From: Eledone cirrhosa
Lineage: Eukaryota
NCBI GenBank assembly: GCA_964016885.1
Contig: OZ024743.1
Location: 26,412,001-26,476,000 of the forward strand
DNA: 64,000 nucleotides
Reading direction: 5' to 3'
Position numbers and translations under genes: made by a program
Part shown: piece by piece, positions 1 through 13,574 of the stretch
How the letters are laid out: each line of letters begins with the position of its first letter
Position numbering within the stretch: the first letter of the stretch is position 1
Notes under the pieces: generated by a model
The model's input: the letters and a program-made list of their open reading frames with translations, nothing else
Database searches by the model: none
Told to the model about the DNA's origin: nothing

Positions 1-264
1 ATCTACAACAAAATATTGCTCTACCAACTGAAACATCATGGTTTAGACAGTTTCTGCAAATTTGTTAATATATACACACTGGGCTTCTGTACAGTTTCTA
101 ACTACCAAATTTAACTTCCAATGTGGCTTTAGGTTATGGTAGAAGACAGCTTCCCAAAGTATCAAGTTGTGGGATCAAATTCCATTGTACAATCGGAACT
201 TGTGAAATGTATGATTTCTTTTTTCCTCCTTGCACTCATTTATTCTTTTCTGTGTTCCAGTACT

Positions 265-455
265 ACAGATCTGTCAACCCTCTCCGTCGGACGGAGCGAC
301 CCACCCACTTTGAGGTGGGTGAGAGATGCCTTCACTTGTGAAAATGGGTATAGCTTTCATTATGTAAAATCTCCCCATTTTGCCTCATTTCTCTCCGTTT
401 TGTGGCACTTTTTTCATGGTACTCTCCGTTTGGGTTTTTAGAGGTTGGCAGGTCT
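265..455 (-). mobile_element. Second fragment of the Tx1/L1-like element
   Basis: Aligns by eye to about 10360-10540 (ggtgagagatg...aaaatgggtatagc...tttttcatggtactc...gggtttttagag). Confidence 0.6.
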
Positions 456-1779
456 GGTACTATGTCCATACCGAGGTTTCAAAAACAATGCTATAATTGA
501 TCTAAGTAATCTACAAGGTCTTACTTCTGTTGTTAAGTTTAATCGATATTTCAACTTAGATTTCTGAAATGTAAAGTAAATAAGAGACAAAACTTGCCCT
601 GGTGGGAACACTAGTCTATTCAAGTGAGTTATTCTCCAGAAATATCAAAACTGCAGCAACCAAGATTTAAAATACTTTGTTGTTTCAACATTTAACTATA
701 TATTCATCAGCAAGTCCGGTGCCGGGATATTTAGCGCCCTTGGCTAACCCTACAGCATGCTCCCACTTCTCCAACTTCTAAGCTGGCAAACCTAATTTTG
801 CCACATCTTTCTAAGTTTGCATTTTCTACCAAACACTGTCTACACTCATCCACACAAAATTATGTAATAAGTCATAATACTATACGACTGACTCCGCCAT
901 TTTGGATATTTTTACAACACTTGCTAAACGGCAAAGATCTTTAATGATTTATTTGTTGATCGCAAGAAATTATTATATGTTTAAATTTCAAATTAATTAT
1001 ACAAATGCATCTCTCTGGGGTCTGCGTCCAATATGTAAAATTAAGCCCAGAGAGGGAAGGGCTCCGCCGAGCTGTATTTACCCAAGAAACAGCACCCCAA
1101 CGACTCTGGGTATCAAAGGAAAAATGAAGTGAAGTGAATGGAAAATAGACAAATATCTGTAGCGAAAGAAATCTTTTCCTATGGTGTTTTTCCTTTATGG
1201 CCACGACTACCAAAAGAGTGAACTGCGAGCCCGTTGGTAAGACAAAAGATAAATTTCCCTTGTGGAAGGACCTACAGCACCAATTGTACGAATGGATGAC
1301 ATTTTCTAAGATCATCTGTTTCTGTAAAGGAACTACCGGTCATTGAGGGTCGGACGCCATGCAGCATTGAGTTACGGCCCATTATGATCTGAGTTCAAAT
1401 CCCACCGAGGTTAACTTTGCCTTTCATCCTTACGGGGTCGATAAAATAAAGTATCAGTAATGCACTGGGGGTAATTGCTGGCCTTGTGTCAAAAGTAGAA
1501 ACAATTATAAATACGCTGTCATTTGGCACTAGCATCAGATATTTTCTGTCACATCACCTTGTCACTATTTTATGGGAACACTGCAAAGTAAATAAAGTGA
1601 TTCCACAGAAGCCTTAGTGAACACTATAATCAACGATTGTATTTACGATTTTTTATTGTACTTGTCGTGTTCGTCTTTTCTTCCACATCAAATAGACTTT
1701 ACTTCATATCTATCTGGAGTGCAATCTGTGTTAGTCTCAAACTTACTGTTTAGGTTAATGCTTGGATTAGTGTCTAGTC

Positions 1780-1930
1780 CAGTAGTTCCCAAAGTGGGTT
1801 CCGCAAAGGGGTGTCTGGAGTAAAGGAGTATATTTATATTACGACCATATAACAGTATTAAACTTTGGGGTTCCCCAAACGTTTCTGAACCAAAAAGGGT
1901 TCCTAGTTTGAAAACGATTGGCACACTCTG
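1780..1930. mobile_element. hAT (Charlie-like) MITE
   Basis: CAG...CTG ends with imperfect TIRs; perfect 8-bp TSD GTCTAGTC (1772-1779 and 1931-1938). Confidence 0.85.
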
Positions 1931-2422
1931 GTCTAGTCAAATATTTGTATTAGCACCTAGATTAGTATATGGGTTAATCACCTGATTGTCAGGTTACTGT
2001 TTGGATTAATATATAAATTAATCTGGATCAGTGACCAGACTGATACATTATTGTACACATTTTAACACTTCTCTTATAATAATTCCAAACACCAGTAATA
2101 CTGGTTGTTATAATCACCGCCACCACCACCACTATTATTGCCGTCGTCACCATAACAAACTTAACTACCTTAATCATTAAGACCTAATAATTTTTGGTAA
2201 TTATACTAAACTGCAAAAAATTACTCATTAATTATTTGTTAAATACAAAACATTACATTCCTTTCTACAGTAACAATTATTAAAAATATAATGAGGTATG
2301 ATACACGGCTCATTACATTAACAATCCCGCAGACCTTCCTTTATTATAGTTAAGCTAACTACTGCGATCTACAATACCGTTTAATCGCTATATGAAAGAA
2401 AATTTGTTCCATTTTTTTACAG

Positions 2423-2865
2423 ACTCCCCAAAAGACTTGTCGCACTCCGTCAGGTTTGCGGTCGTGCCCTTGGCAGTGGAGACTTCTGGTGTCCTTGGCC
2501 CTAGGGCTACCTCCCTACTCACCACCATAGGTGCTGAGCTGGCCAGCCGCAGGTGTGAGCTTCGCGAGTTGGAATGGTTCTACCAGCGCTTCTACCTTAC
2601 CATCCTCTGGGGAAACGCCTTCTCCATTCTGTCCGCCGGGGCTGTGGGGAGGCTAGCACGTGGTACCCCATTTGCTCACCAGAGATAGAGGCGATGACAG
2701 TGGGAGTTGGGCTCTTCCACGTTCGGACCATTTCCTTGTGGTTGTGTTCATTATCTATAGAGTTCATCCCTTCATTATCAAGCCTTTCCCCCTCTTTTAA
2801 TCACTGCATTATCATTCGACCACTTCTTCCCTATATTTATGTCAACATTTACGTCCAACATTAGA
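2423..2865 (+). mobile_element. 3' end of a CRE-like (restriction-like endonuclease) non-LTR retrotransposon
   Basis: GC-rich island translating to FAVVPLAVETSGVLGPRATSLLTTIG...RELEWFYQRFYLTILWGNAFSIL, resembling the P.AVET.G..G ... QR.S..I.RGNA C-terminal signature of CRE-clade RLE domains. Confidence 0.6.
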
Positions 2866-3015
2866 AATTAACAAAACGAGGTGACTAAAGGAATAAGATA
2901 ATGTAGAACAAAAGTCAAAATCTAATTTTATTTTTGTTGTTTCGATATTTGTCGTTTCTTTTCTCACTATGTAAGTCATTAACACTTTCCTTCATATCAA
3001 ACTATATAAATAATT

Positions 3016-3651
3016 AGTAAATATCTTTAAGTCGTATGGAAGCCTCGACAATGCAAATGGGTAAATCTCCGGGTAACAAGATCCGGTGGTGGAGAGAGAG
3101 ATGTAAGTGGGTGTACGTTGAGATGCGTGGTGTGTATAAGACGTGTAGAAGAATGAAGGAAAGAGTATAAAGGATAAAATAAAAAAAAATAAAAATAACA
3201 ACACGAGAGAGAGTTACCTTGGGAGAGATTTAATTGTCCCTATATATTTCGGATTCACATCCATCAACTGGGGTTTTTTTCCGGGAAGGGGAAAGGTTGT
3301 CTGTCGGCAAGGTGCGAAACGCGTCCTCCGCTGTTTGTTGTTTTGAATATTCAAAACAACAAACAGACAACCTTTCCCCTTCCCGGAAAAAAACCCCAGT
3401 TGATGGATGTGAATCCGAAATATATAGGGACAATTAAATCTCTCCCAAGGTAACTCTCTCTCGTGTTGTTATTTTTATTTTTTTTTATTTTATCCTTTAT
3501 ACTCTTTCCTTCATTCTTCTACACGTCTTATACACACCACGCATCTCAACGTACACCCACTTACATCTCTCTCTCCACCACCGGATCTTGTTACCCGGAG
3601 ATTTACCCATTTGCATTGTCGAGGCTTCCATACGACTTAAAGATATTTACT
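3016..3651. repeat. Perfect 289-bp inverted repeat with a 58-bp structured spacer
   Basis: 3016-3304 is the reverse complement of 3363-3651; the mirrored ORFs 2992-3204(-) and 3463-3702(+) have the same translation over the arms. Confidence 0.95.
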
Positions 3652-5802
3652 TATTATTCCACAATGCTTCAAGCAAACTTCAATACTCTCTTATATAAAT
3701 AATTGTTTCTACTTTTGGCACAAGGCCAGAAATTACCCAGTGCATTACGGGTACTTTATTTTATCGACCTCGTAAGGATGGAAGGCAAAGTTAACCTCGG
3801 TGGAATTTGAACACAGAACGAAAAGGGCCATAACTCTATGCTGCAAAGCATGGCGTCTGACGTTTAAATAATTGTTTCTACTTTTGGCACAAGGCCAGCA
3901 ATTATCCTGGTGCTTTATTTTATCGACCCCGTAAGGATGAAAGGAAAAGTTATTAAATAATATAATTTATTCAAGTTATAACATATATAATAACACAATG
4001 TTTACAGAACGAAAGAACAAACAAATATGATATAAAGGAAAGGGAAAGGAAAAACAAAAAAGAAGGAAAGGAACAAAAAAATCAAGCATGGTACAAACAT
4101 TGTAATTTGGATCTACATGAAGATTTTGTAAAAATGAGGGGAAAAAATAAAACGAAAATGATAACAATAAAATTCAAAACAACGAAACTTCCATTTGCCA
4201 AACGAGAGCCTGTTACATAATAATAACAGAAGTTAATTATACTTGAAATACTAAATAATACTTACAATAATACACATGTAATTGACATTTAGTTGTCTAA
4301 ATTCAGCAACATTATAAATTGGAATAGTAAAATTTTCTTGTCTGCCCAATTTCAAAATTAATTATGTGCATGAGGAGGGGAAAGGAGGGGTGTAGCGAGG
4401 AGGGGAATGGGGGCGGTGAAGAAAGCGCGGTGAAGGATAGGCGGTGAAGGAGGGGGTGAATTGGGGTGGTGAAGGAGGGGCGGTGAAGCAGAGGCGATGA
4501 AGGAGGTGGAGGTGAAGGAAGGATTGAAGGGGGAGGAAGTGGAGGAAGGGAGAGGAAGATCATACAAGAATTATGGCCAATAAAGAAATAATAATAATTA
4601 TTATTATTTGTTCGACCATTCTGTCTGTCTGAAGTGTATGACCTCAAATGGATGTTGCTTATCGTCCCAGTGGACAGAATTGCGCACACGTTACTCCAAC
4701 AGATAACGAGAGATACGCTGAAAGAACCAGTCTTAACCCCCGGAGTTCATTATTGCTGTTAACCATCTCCGTTCCCGTAGCAGTAAATAGGGAGAACCCA
4801 GACGGCAGACTTCCACTACTGTGAGTATTGACGGAGAATGACCAGTACTTTGACAGCTTATCATCTTCAGCTTGTCTAAAGCAAGAAATGATTTCAAGTT
4901 ATGTTATCTTCACTGGCAGCTCGCCTAACTGAGGTAACTGATGCTCGTGAAGGCGCTTAACTGTTCCAACACGTCAGCCTCGCCATCACCTGAGGTAACA
5001 CTGCGAGCGTACTGGCTTGCCTCAAAAATTATTAGAGAGGTTTTCCAGTGCTCCTCGCGATATTGTTATCTTCTGTTCTGGCAGCGGTTCGTTTGCCCAC
5101 CCCTTTCGTCTGCCTTTTGTTGTATGTGGTCCTAGATGTATGTATTACCTGTTTTGTATATATTATATGTTTGTGTTTTCGTTCTGTAACCAATACATTA
5201 TTATATTTTTTATACAACTGAGAATAAAAATATTTTCAAGTTTTGTTAATATTTTAGCTCTTTTAAAAAAGGGATTTCTAGATTACTGAAACATCTCTGT
5301 CCCCTTTAGACTTACTAATTATTTAAGAAATACAAGTTGTTTGAAGTTATTTTCATATGCCATATTTCCACTCTTACATACTTCTTTTGACAAGATATAT
5401 GGAAAGGTGAGACGATTGACACCTCTCATTTGCAACATCTCCTTATGTTTGCCTTAAAAAAACAACTTTATGATGCCCTAAAAGTAGGCTTCGAAGTTAA
5501 TCAATGAACGTAATGCCAGAGTAATATTGTTACAATGAAATAAAAATTGAATTAGATACCCCACCCCCTCGATAATTATATTTTTCTCCCCAAACTACCC
5601 CAAAACACATCTATTTGGATATGCGCTACAATTTGTGTACATGTTATGTTTATCGCATATTGACGTTTTCTGACCATTTTAGAGTGCAAAGAGCTAAACT
5701 AATCACTACAACTAAATATTTTATAAATATTCATATTCTCAATTTAGCAGTAATAAAACTAAAATGACCAAGGTAACTATACTATTCTGTACGTGATCTG
5801 TA

Positions 5803-6135
5803 CAGGGTGGTCCGAAAGTCTTGTCACCCCCTACCAAAAAGTAATGAGAAACAGTTTATGTCCCTATCGCAGTATCGTCCTCTTCGGAGGAGCTGGTTTG
5901 CTGAATCTTGAAGTGAAGTCATGTTGCACATCCTCCATGCACTTGCCAGAATGCACACGATCATGTGTCCATACACTTGCAAGTAGCCTCTCTTCTAAAC
6001 TGTAGGATCTCTGAAATAGAAAATTATATTATTATTATTATATATTATAATTAATGATATTATATATTATTAAAACAAAAAATGAAATTTAAAACAATAT
6101 GTGACAAGGTGTGACAAGACTTTCGGACCACCCTA
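5803..6135. mobile_element. Tc1/mariner-type MITE
   Basis: 24-bp TIR agggtggtccgaaagtcttgtcac (5804-5827 and 6111-6134), flanked by TA. Confidence 0.85.
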
Positions 6136-8198
6136 TATATTGTCTGTTACTCTCTAACCTACGAATTTTGTCTAAAAATACTGAACATTTTGAGGAGTGA
6201 GTTTAATTAAATATAATTGACCTCTACTCTGTAGTTATAGACCTAGTTTTGAGCAGTTATAAGTCTGATTTTATGAAATAAGCTTTGTGTCAAATACTAC
6301 TGTAAATGCGCTAACATTGTAAATGATGGTTAAAAGACGTAAAACACACATAAAACGTTAAAAACGGCCATTACAAATGCTTCTCAAATTCAGAGAATGT
6401 CAAACACTGGGTCATTGCACCCACCTCAAAGATTTATGCAGTTCTAAAATTTCCTTAAAATAAAACCTGATGCGAATAAAAGCATATAATGTAATATAAT
6501 AAACATGAGTATATTCCACCCTGACACCAATTTGAAAGTATATAATGTCATAAGCAATGTTGATAATTAAATCATTATTATAACATGAAGAAATCATTAT
6601 TGCCAAGAATGTAACATAAACGAATCTAAATACTCTGATCTCTATAACGCTGTTCTGCTAATAATAATAGTTTCTACTTTTGGCACAAGGTCAGCAATTA
6701 TCCTAGTGCATTACTGGTACTTTATTTTATCGACCCGTAAGGATGAAAGGCAAAGTTAACCTCGGCGGGATTTGAACTCAGAATTGCAAGGGCCGTAACT
6801 CTATGCGTCAAAGCATGGTGTCCGACCCTCTACCGATACTGCCAATCCACCGCCCTTTCCGAATATGCTATAAGTTCAATTCCCGTTTATTTTTCTGGAG
6901 TCCATGAAATAAATATGTACTGCTAATAATAATGGTTTCTAATTTAGGCACAAAGCCAACAATTTTGGGCGAGGGGAAAGTCGATTAAATCGACTCCAGT
7001 GCGTTACTGGTACTTTATTTTATCGACCCCGTAAGGATGAAATGCAAAGCTAACCACGAAGGATTTGAAACTAAATTTCAGAAAGTATTTTGTCCGACGC
7101 TCTACTGATACTGCCAATCCACCGTCCTACTGCTAACAATAGTTATTTATATTAGAGACACACTAGTCCAGTTACTGTAAAGTGATTTTAAAGTCAATAC
7201 TAGAATATTTATTTCATGGACTCCAGAAAAAACGGGAATTGAACTTATCGCATATTCGAAGGAAATTAAATACCATAGGTTTGCAAAGATTTGAGACAAG
7301 CGGTTTCTACATGGCGAGGAGCTTTACATGAAATGAATGCTCGAGAAACTTAGGGATGGAATATTTTAGGGGCCACTAAAAGACAGGATTACCTGTTCTT
7401 TTAGAACAAATTTAGTAGTATCTCCTTTTTTCTCTGCCTGACATATTGGGTACTTGTTGGGTATATTGGATACTTGTTGAACTATCTCAGGTTGCTCGGT
7501 ATAAATGTAATAGCCATCAACAAGATTATAACTTCTAAAACACACACACTCAAATCGTTGAACAGTGTTTGTTTTGAAAATATCTGGATCTTGAGGTAAC
7601 GATGGTTGTCCAAGACATGGATGATAGGTCGGTGTTCCTGAGCGAGAACAGTAGTGAAGACAGTTTTTGCTTACATCTTAAGGTCTTCATGATATGTAAG
7701 TTTTTTTTTTTTTTGTTTTTTTTTAAGTTCTTGATAGATTTTACCTCAGCCACCAGCTTCTTCAACAACTTATTTGAAAATGCGATAGAGGTAGAAGACT
7801 TGTGGATTAATACACAACAAGGCATTGGTAGGGCAATATTGATATGTCAAGAAATAATAACTGAACTTTGACATTGATAACGTTTATGCACCTATAATAG
7901 GAACTCTAATAAACAAGGCTGTTGATTATGTTAGAATTAAAATAAGATACATTTTTGAGGAGTTATATTGCAGGCCAAGAAAAACAGTTATCATTTTTCA
8001 TTAATCACTTTCGATTTTAAGATCACCCAGTACAGATATCAATTTCAGCTCTCTGAGTTCAAATCCCACCGAGATCAACTTTGCCTTTCATCCTTTCGAG
8101 GTCGATAAAATAGCACCAGTTTAATACTGGAGTCGGTTCTTCCTCTATATCTTTTTCTCATTTCCTCTCTCACTTTCTATCTTTCTCTGGAAGAAATC

Positions 8199-8760
8199 TG
8201 TAGTGACCTACATTCCGCGGGCTCACATACATTCTCTGTGCGTGATTTGGCTCAGTTCAGCCAATCAGCGCCAGTAGAAGAGGATGTATCCCTACGCGCC
8301 CTGGGAAAGAAATTCCCCGCGAAGATTTGAAGATTGAAGAATCTTCCTCTTGTACCAGAAACTTCGAGCCAGCAACACGCATAATGTAACGGTGAGATAT
8401 TGCACCCTAGCCTCGCCGGCTTAACGGCGCAATGGCACATTCCCTTTTGTAACCTCTTTTTATCTGTAACTTCAACCATATAAGTTAACAAACATTGTTT
8501 GTGCTACATCAAAAATAAACATACATTTCATCTCTAATTTCTGCTGTTGAAATCATTATTATGTTACTCGTGTCTCAATAACATCTATAATCCATGCTGC
8601 TGGAATTGGCGACCTGACGAAAGGGATATTATAAATACTAAGATGGTAAATAGATCGAGGGACCTTCCCTCACGTCTATGTCGACAAGATAATCCAACGA
8701 GGATACTATCACTTACGACACTGGCAACTAACGACCTTCATTCATACAACCCTGCTAAAA
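8199..8760 (+). mobile_element. Possible LTR plus PBS/leader fragment
   Basis: Begins TGTAG, has AATAAA at ~8514 and PBS-like TGGCGACC at ~8607. Splits a flanking repeat, with AAATCTG present on both sides. Confidence 0.4.
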
Positions 8761-9479
8761 ATCTGCTGTATTCAGGCCCGGGGAGGGATGGGCTCCGCCA
8801 GGCTTTAAAATGCCCAAGAATCGCTGTATGTCAATACGGCGCCTTTACAACTCTATCAGGAGTTACGGGACCCCACATACATACAGATATCAATAGAGGA
8901 GTGAGTGATTTACGGAGGCAACTAATTTGAGTGGATTGTTTATATTTCATTGAGGTAAAATAACTTTTCTTATGTTTAAGAGATTTTTTTATCAAGACGA
9001 TGGGTTAGTAATATTCACTAATTCCACCCGACATTCTACAGGTAGAATTAGAAAAAAAATTCGATATATTATTTAAGAATATAACCTTTCGGGACTAATA
9101 TTAATTCAGTTAATTCTTTTTGCGTCCATCCCACGCTTCCCAGGACAGGTCGCAGGCCCATCGCCAGTTTTTACAACATGAGATGGAGACTGCAATATAT
9201 TTTTCACACAGGCTCCTCTACCTAGGGTGTCGACACGTCCCTTGTTAACCCACGCGAAGGACGATATGGTATGATAGTCTTTGTTGTATCTCACCATACT
9301 GCAATGGGTTGATGGTCTCTTTTGCGCCAGTCAGCAATCTGGTTCTTTTCTCGGACACACGGAAACTAGTCTTGTTTTAAAGGCAGCTTTTACTCGACTC
9401 GTCGTAGCTACATGACTGGGTTATGAGGGTTTTCTTGGGAGTTATATCTTTTGCACCATCTCTCCTAGTAGTTTACCGC

Positions 9480-10900
9480 CGTTGGTCCGTATTTGCTTAT
9501 TCGGCCAACAGGTGCCCGCTTTTATCGCAAGCAGCCACAATGCCTGGTGGACGTATCGCTATCCGTCACATGCGACCCGTTCTCTAGCAGAAAAGCTCTG
9601 CTAAAGAAACCCACAAAACTGACAGGTCCAGGGCGACCTACATTATAAAGTGGGAAGCTTTGGCAGATAAGGAAGTCAGCATCAGGTATGCGAATACTCG
9701 CATATTGGAGATATCCTGTCGTTATCTCAAGCAATTGGAATTATCTGAACAGGTTTGTGAAGTTTTTGCATCCCCCTCGCCTGTCTTCAAAACCCCACTG
9801 TCCCAGCGAGCATCTAAGATCCCGTCCTAGTCACCTACTAACATAAAAAGCAGAGCGTTCCCAGAAACCTTTCCAGACACCTGAAGAAATCCGGTCGTCC
9901 TGCTCCTGTTGAAGCATAGACGGCAACTAGCCTGAAAGCATGTCCTTTGCTGCTGGTCGGGTCCAGCATCCCCGACTTACCTTCTGGTTCCAGGGAGATG
10001 GTCTGTATCACAAGACTCGGACCCTTCCGAAACACGGTGATTCTGCCTCCTGCTCTCGGAAGAATTGGGGGTGCATGGACCTCATAGCCTCCGAAGATAG
10101 GTGCAGTCTCGTGGCTCATAAATTCTGGTATTGCTAATGTCCACTACATGTCGTTGATCAGGTGACCCTGCTCCTTAGGTGACCCCAGGCCACATGCATT
10201 CGCACTACCTATTCTGAGCAAGGTCATGTTGTTGGGAAAAGAAGAGAAGTGAGAAGGGACACTTATTTGGTTTTGTGTGGAAGGGTGGTTTGTCCGTCCT
10301 TCCAGTTGTTCTGGGGTGTTTCCACCAGCAGATCACCAGCCATACGCATGGTGATGTCCCCGACGGGGCGATCTCCCACCCATTTTGGAGTTGGTGAGAG
10401 ATGTCTTCTCTTGTAAAAAATGGGTATAGCCATCATTATGTAAATCCCCCCCCCCCCCCCCCCATTTTACCTCATTTCTGCTCGTTTGGGAACACTTTTT
10501 TTTTTCATGGTACTCCCCATATGGGTTTTTAGAGAATGGCAAATCTGTGGTTGCGCTGATGTTTCAGATGTTTGTGGTGGTGATGTAGTGTTTCTTTGTT
10601 GTGCTTTTTGCCTTGGGGCTATTATATATTTTCTCTCACCTTTATGTGTGTGTGAGGTTCGTTCATTGGTTTTTACAGCTGTTTTTCTTTTTTTTTTTTG
10701 TTGTCCTTTTTCCTATATTTGCTCACCATTTTCTACTCCTCGTCCTGGTCAGACTCGACGCAGGTTATGTCTGACCTTTGGGGATCGGGCAGTGGCATGT
10801 CCTCTATTTGATTGGAGACTGGGGTAATCTTTTGTTGCTGGGTGGGTATTGGTGTTACTGTGGTTGTTGTTGTTGGAGTTCCTGTTGATTTTTGTTAATG
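9480..10900 (-). mobile_element. Tx1/L1-like LINE remnant (ORF1-ORF2 junction and endonuclease)
   Basis: Minus strand from ~10228 reads MTLLRIGSANACGLGSP (APE start), followed by FRLVAVYASTGAGRPDFFRCLERFLGT. Degenerate. Confidence 0.65.
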
Positions 10901-11719
10901 TTGATGATGATGTTGTTGCTGTTTAGAGCCGTGTTTTCAGGAGTTACTGTAGTTGCCTGCTAATCAAAATTATTATTGAGTCAAAATATACCACAGGTAA
11001 TTGAGAATCATCTCTTCAAACCAAAAAGAAAATAAAAATAAAAAAAGAGTCGTTAGTTAATGTGAGAAGACAAAGGGCAATAACTCTAAAGTTACAGAAT
11101 TTTTATTTGCGTTTTCAGATGAATCTGGCCGCAATCAAATGCTTCTGAACAGAGGAAAAAAGAATAAGAAAATTACTTATAACCGCACACACACCGCTTC
11201 TTTAATAAGTTTTTCTGTTATTATTTCTAGGCCATTTAAAACTATTGTAGACTTTTAGACTTTTTAGCAAAAAATTGCCCTACTTATGACTAACCAAATA
11301 CACCAATTTCAATAATATGGTGGTGTCACAAACACCTCCTGATAACTACAAGATGAGGTAGACGTATAGAATAATTGTTTCTACTTTTGGCACACGGCCA
11401 GCAATTACCCAGTACATTACTGGTACTTTATTTTATCGACCCTGTGAGGATGAAAGGCAAAGTTAACCTCGGCGGGATTTGAACTCAGTCGGTAAAGGGG
11501 CGTAACTCTATGCTGCAAAGCATGGCGTCTGACCCTCTACCGATACTACCAATCTACTAGAACAATGAACCGATGTAAGGGACGTAACTTGAAAAAAAAA
11601 ATTTTTTTCGAAATGAGTGAGTGTATTAAAAGAACACACATACACATATATATATGTTCTTTCATTACACTTACTCATTTCGAGACTATTGGAATGTTGA
11701 AAGGTCAAAAAGGTAAACA

Positions 11720-11883
11720 CTTTTGCTGCGTTGTCACCTAATACACACGCACACATGTATATCATGACTCATACACTATTCACTTCCATGACATTTGTAT
11801 ATTATTCTATGTACTATACTTGCACCTTTGATGAGTTGTAGTGCACCTGAGCACTGTACACAATAATTTCATTATTATTATTA
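11720..11883 (+). mobile_element. 3' UTR fragment of the same CR1-type LINE
   Basis: catgactcatacact...gagttgtagtgcacctgagcactgtacacaataatttcattattatta matches the 3' end at 52940-53053. Confidence 0.8.
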
Positions 11884-12737
11884 AGAAATGTGAAACGCTG
11901 CCACTTCAGATTATAGAGGAAGAAATCCAGAATGTGGGGTAACTGGTGATGGCCTGCCTCGGCAACAATTTGACTATAAAAGAGTCCATTGAAGACTTTG
12001 ATGAGTTCATTGCTGTTAGGAATGAAGCCTGCAACGTTTCGGGATTTTTCCCTTCATCTGGAGAAGAGAGCGGAAGTTTTATCACTTTAATAACAAGCTA
12101 ATAACTGAAATATGGAATGGACTGACGGTTTTCGGAAGAAAGCCATTTCTGAGTCCCAGTGAGGGAACCTCTACGTGTTTATTCGATCTGCTATAAATAA
12201 CAGCCAAATCACTCCTTAATATTATAATGTATTAAAAAAAGAATACATTTGACAATGGTAGTTTTCGATACACTGCCTCAAACAAAAGAAGGTGGAATTT
12301 TCATCATTGAACACCTTTGATTACAGCTCTTTCCAATCAGGATTGGCAAGGAGCTAATCAACAACTAGTTTTCAAATAACTGGTGGCTGAAAAAATATAT
12401 ATATCTAATTAACTGTGATAATATGTGTGGGACTAGACAATATGCCACGTGTGTTTATAACCACCTGTAATTCTTCAGCATTTATACACATTCACATACG
12501 CAATATGCATTTTTTAGTTATTTTACTACAATAAGAAGTCTGTTTTCCAATTACAAGTTCCTGGGTTCTAACCCTATATTTGTCCCTGGAAATAGCTATT
12601 TCTCCAAGTTTACTGATACATTTAATCATGAACATTTATATAATTATATTATTTGGAGAAATGGAGAAAAAATGACAATAAAACATTACTGACAGCACTT
12701 CTGTATATGACTTGCACTGCTTTCAAACTCAGGTTCC

Positions 12738-12968
12738 TTAACCCTTTAGCATTTAAACCATCTATATATCCAGCCAGAATTCTCTAACTTCTTTCTATTC
12801 AAACCGCCCATAACCGGCGACTCATACTGACATTAGGTTATTGTTCTCAAAATAAATAATAACATCATCAAAATCTCGTAGATTCCATATTATATAAGAT
12901 GATTATGTGAGGTAAAGCCTTTACCATGAAAATATAATAGTTGAGTAATGTAAATGATAAAGGGTTAA
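12738..12968. mobile_element. piggyBac-like MITE
   Basis: TTAA-CCCTTT...AAAGGG-TTAA ends. Related copies at 47760-47920, 48219-48642, 60913-61118 and 61578-61763. Confidence 0.7.
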
Positions 12969-13570
12969 GGACCACAAAAAGCCTTCTCCAGATCAATGAA
13001 AGCTAGATATAGTGTCTTAGTCTTAGCTAGGAACTTCATTTGTAGAAGGCATCTGTAGTGTCCATTCTTGGCATAAAACTAAACTATATTTCATTTAATT
13101 TGACTCTTTCCTTAATTAGTTGAGCTAAAACTAAATTTGTCACTTTCAGAACTTCATCCATTAGTTTTATATCTGTGATTGCTTCTTTCTCAAGTATCAC
13201 ATTCTCCCTTGTAACAATTAAGGATTATACAACTATTCCAACCATTGGATGACACCATCATGTATTACCAATATAAATGACTCCAATTTTCTCAGATTAT
13301 TTCAGCATCTCAGCAACTATCTCGGACAATCCAGCAACTTTTCCATTTTTTTTTTCAGCTCCCTGGCTGCTGCTTTGGTCATGTTGCTGTCAACTTTGTG
13401 AGTCAACTTCCTTCTATTCATTCTCCACATTCCTCAAACTCTCATAACATTTTCAAGCCTCTTTCTTTAAAGAGTGTGGCTAAATGTACCAATGTCATTC
13501 CAAACATATTATTCCGACATCCTGATTCACAATATATCACATCTAACACATTTTATTCCATAACTACTAT
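12960..13570 (-). pseudogene. Older degenerate RTE-like RT remnant
   Basis: Minus-strand translation gives KVAGLSEIVAEMLK (~13300-13345) and FIDLEKAF (~12980-13000), with stops in between. Confidence 0.6.
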
Positions 13571-13574
13571 CTGC

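Noticed and set aside
675-712. Minus-strand CTGATGA...GAAAC hammerhead candidate
   Set aside because: No canonical stem II, stem I pairing or NUH cleavage site.
2992-3702. Paired short ORFs in the palindrome as real genes
   Set aside because: They are mirror images with non-ATG starts, low complexity and no recognisable domain.
4375-4560. Proline-rich ORF 4312-4689
   Set aside because: Derived from a purine-rich GGAGG/GGTGAA low-complexity tract, with no exon evidence.
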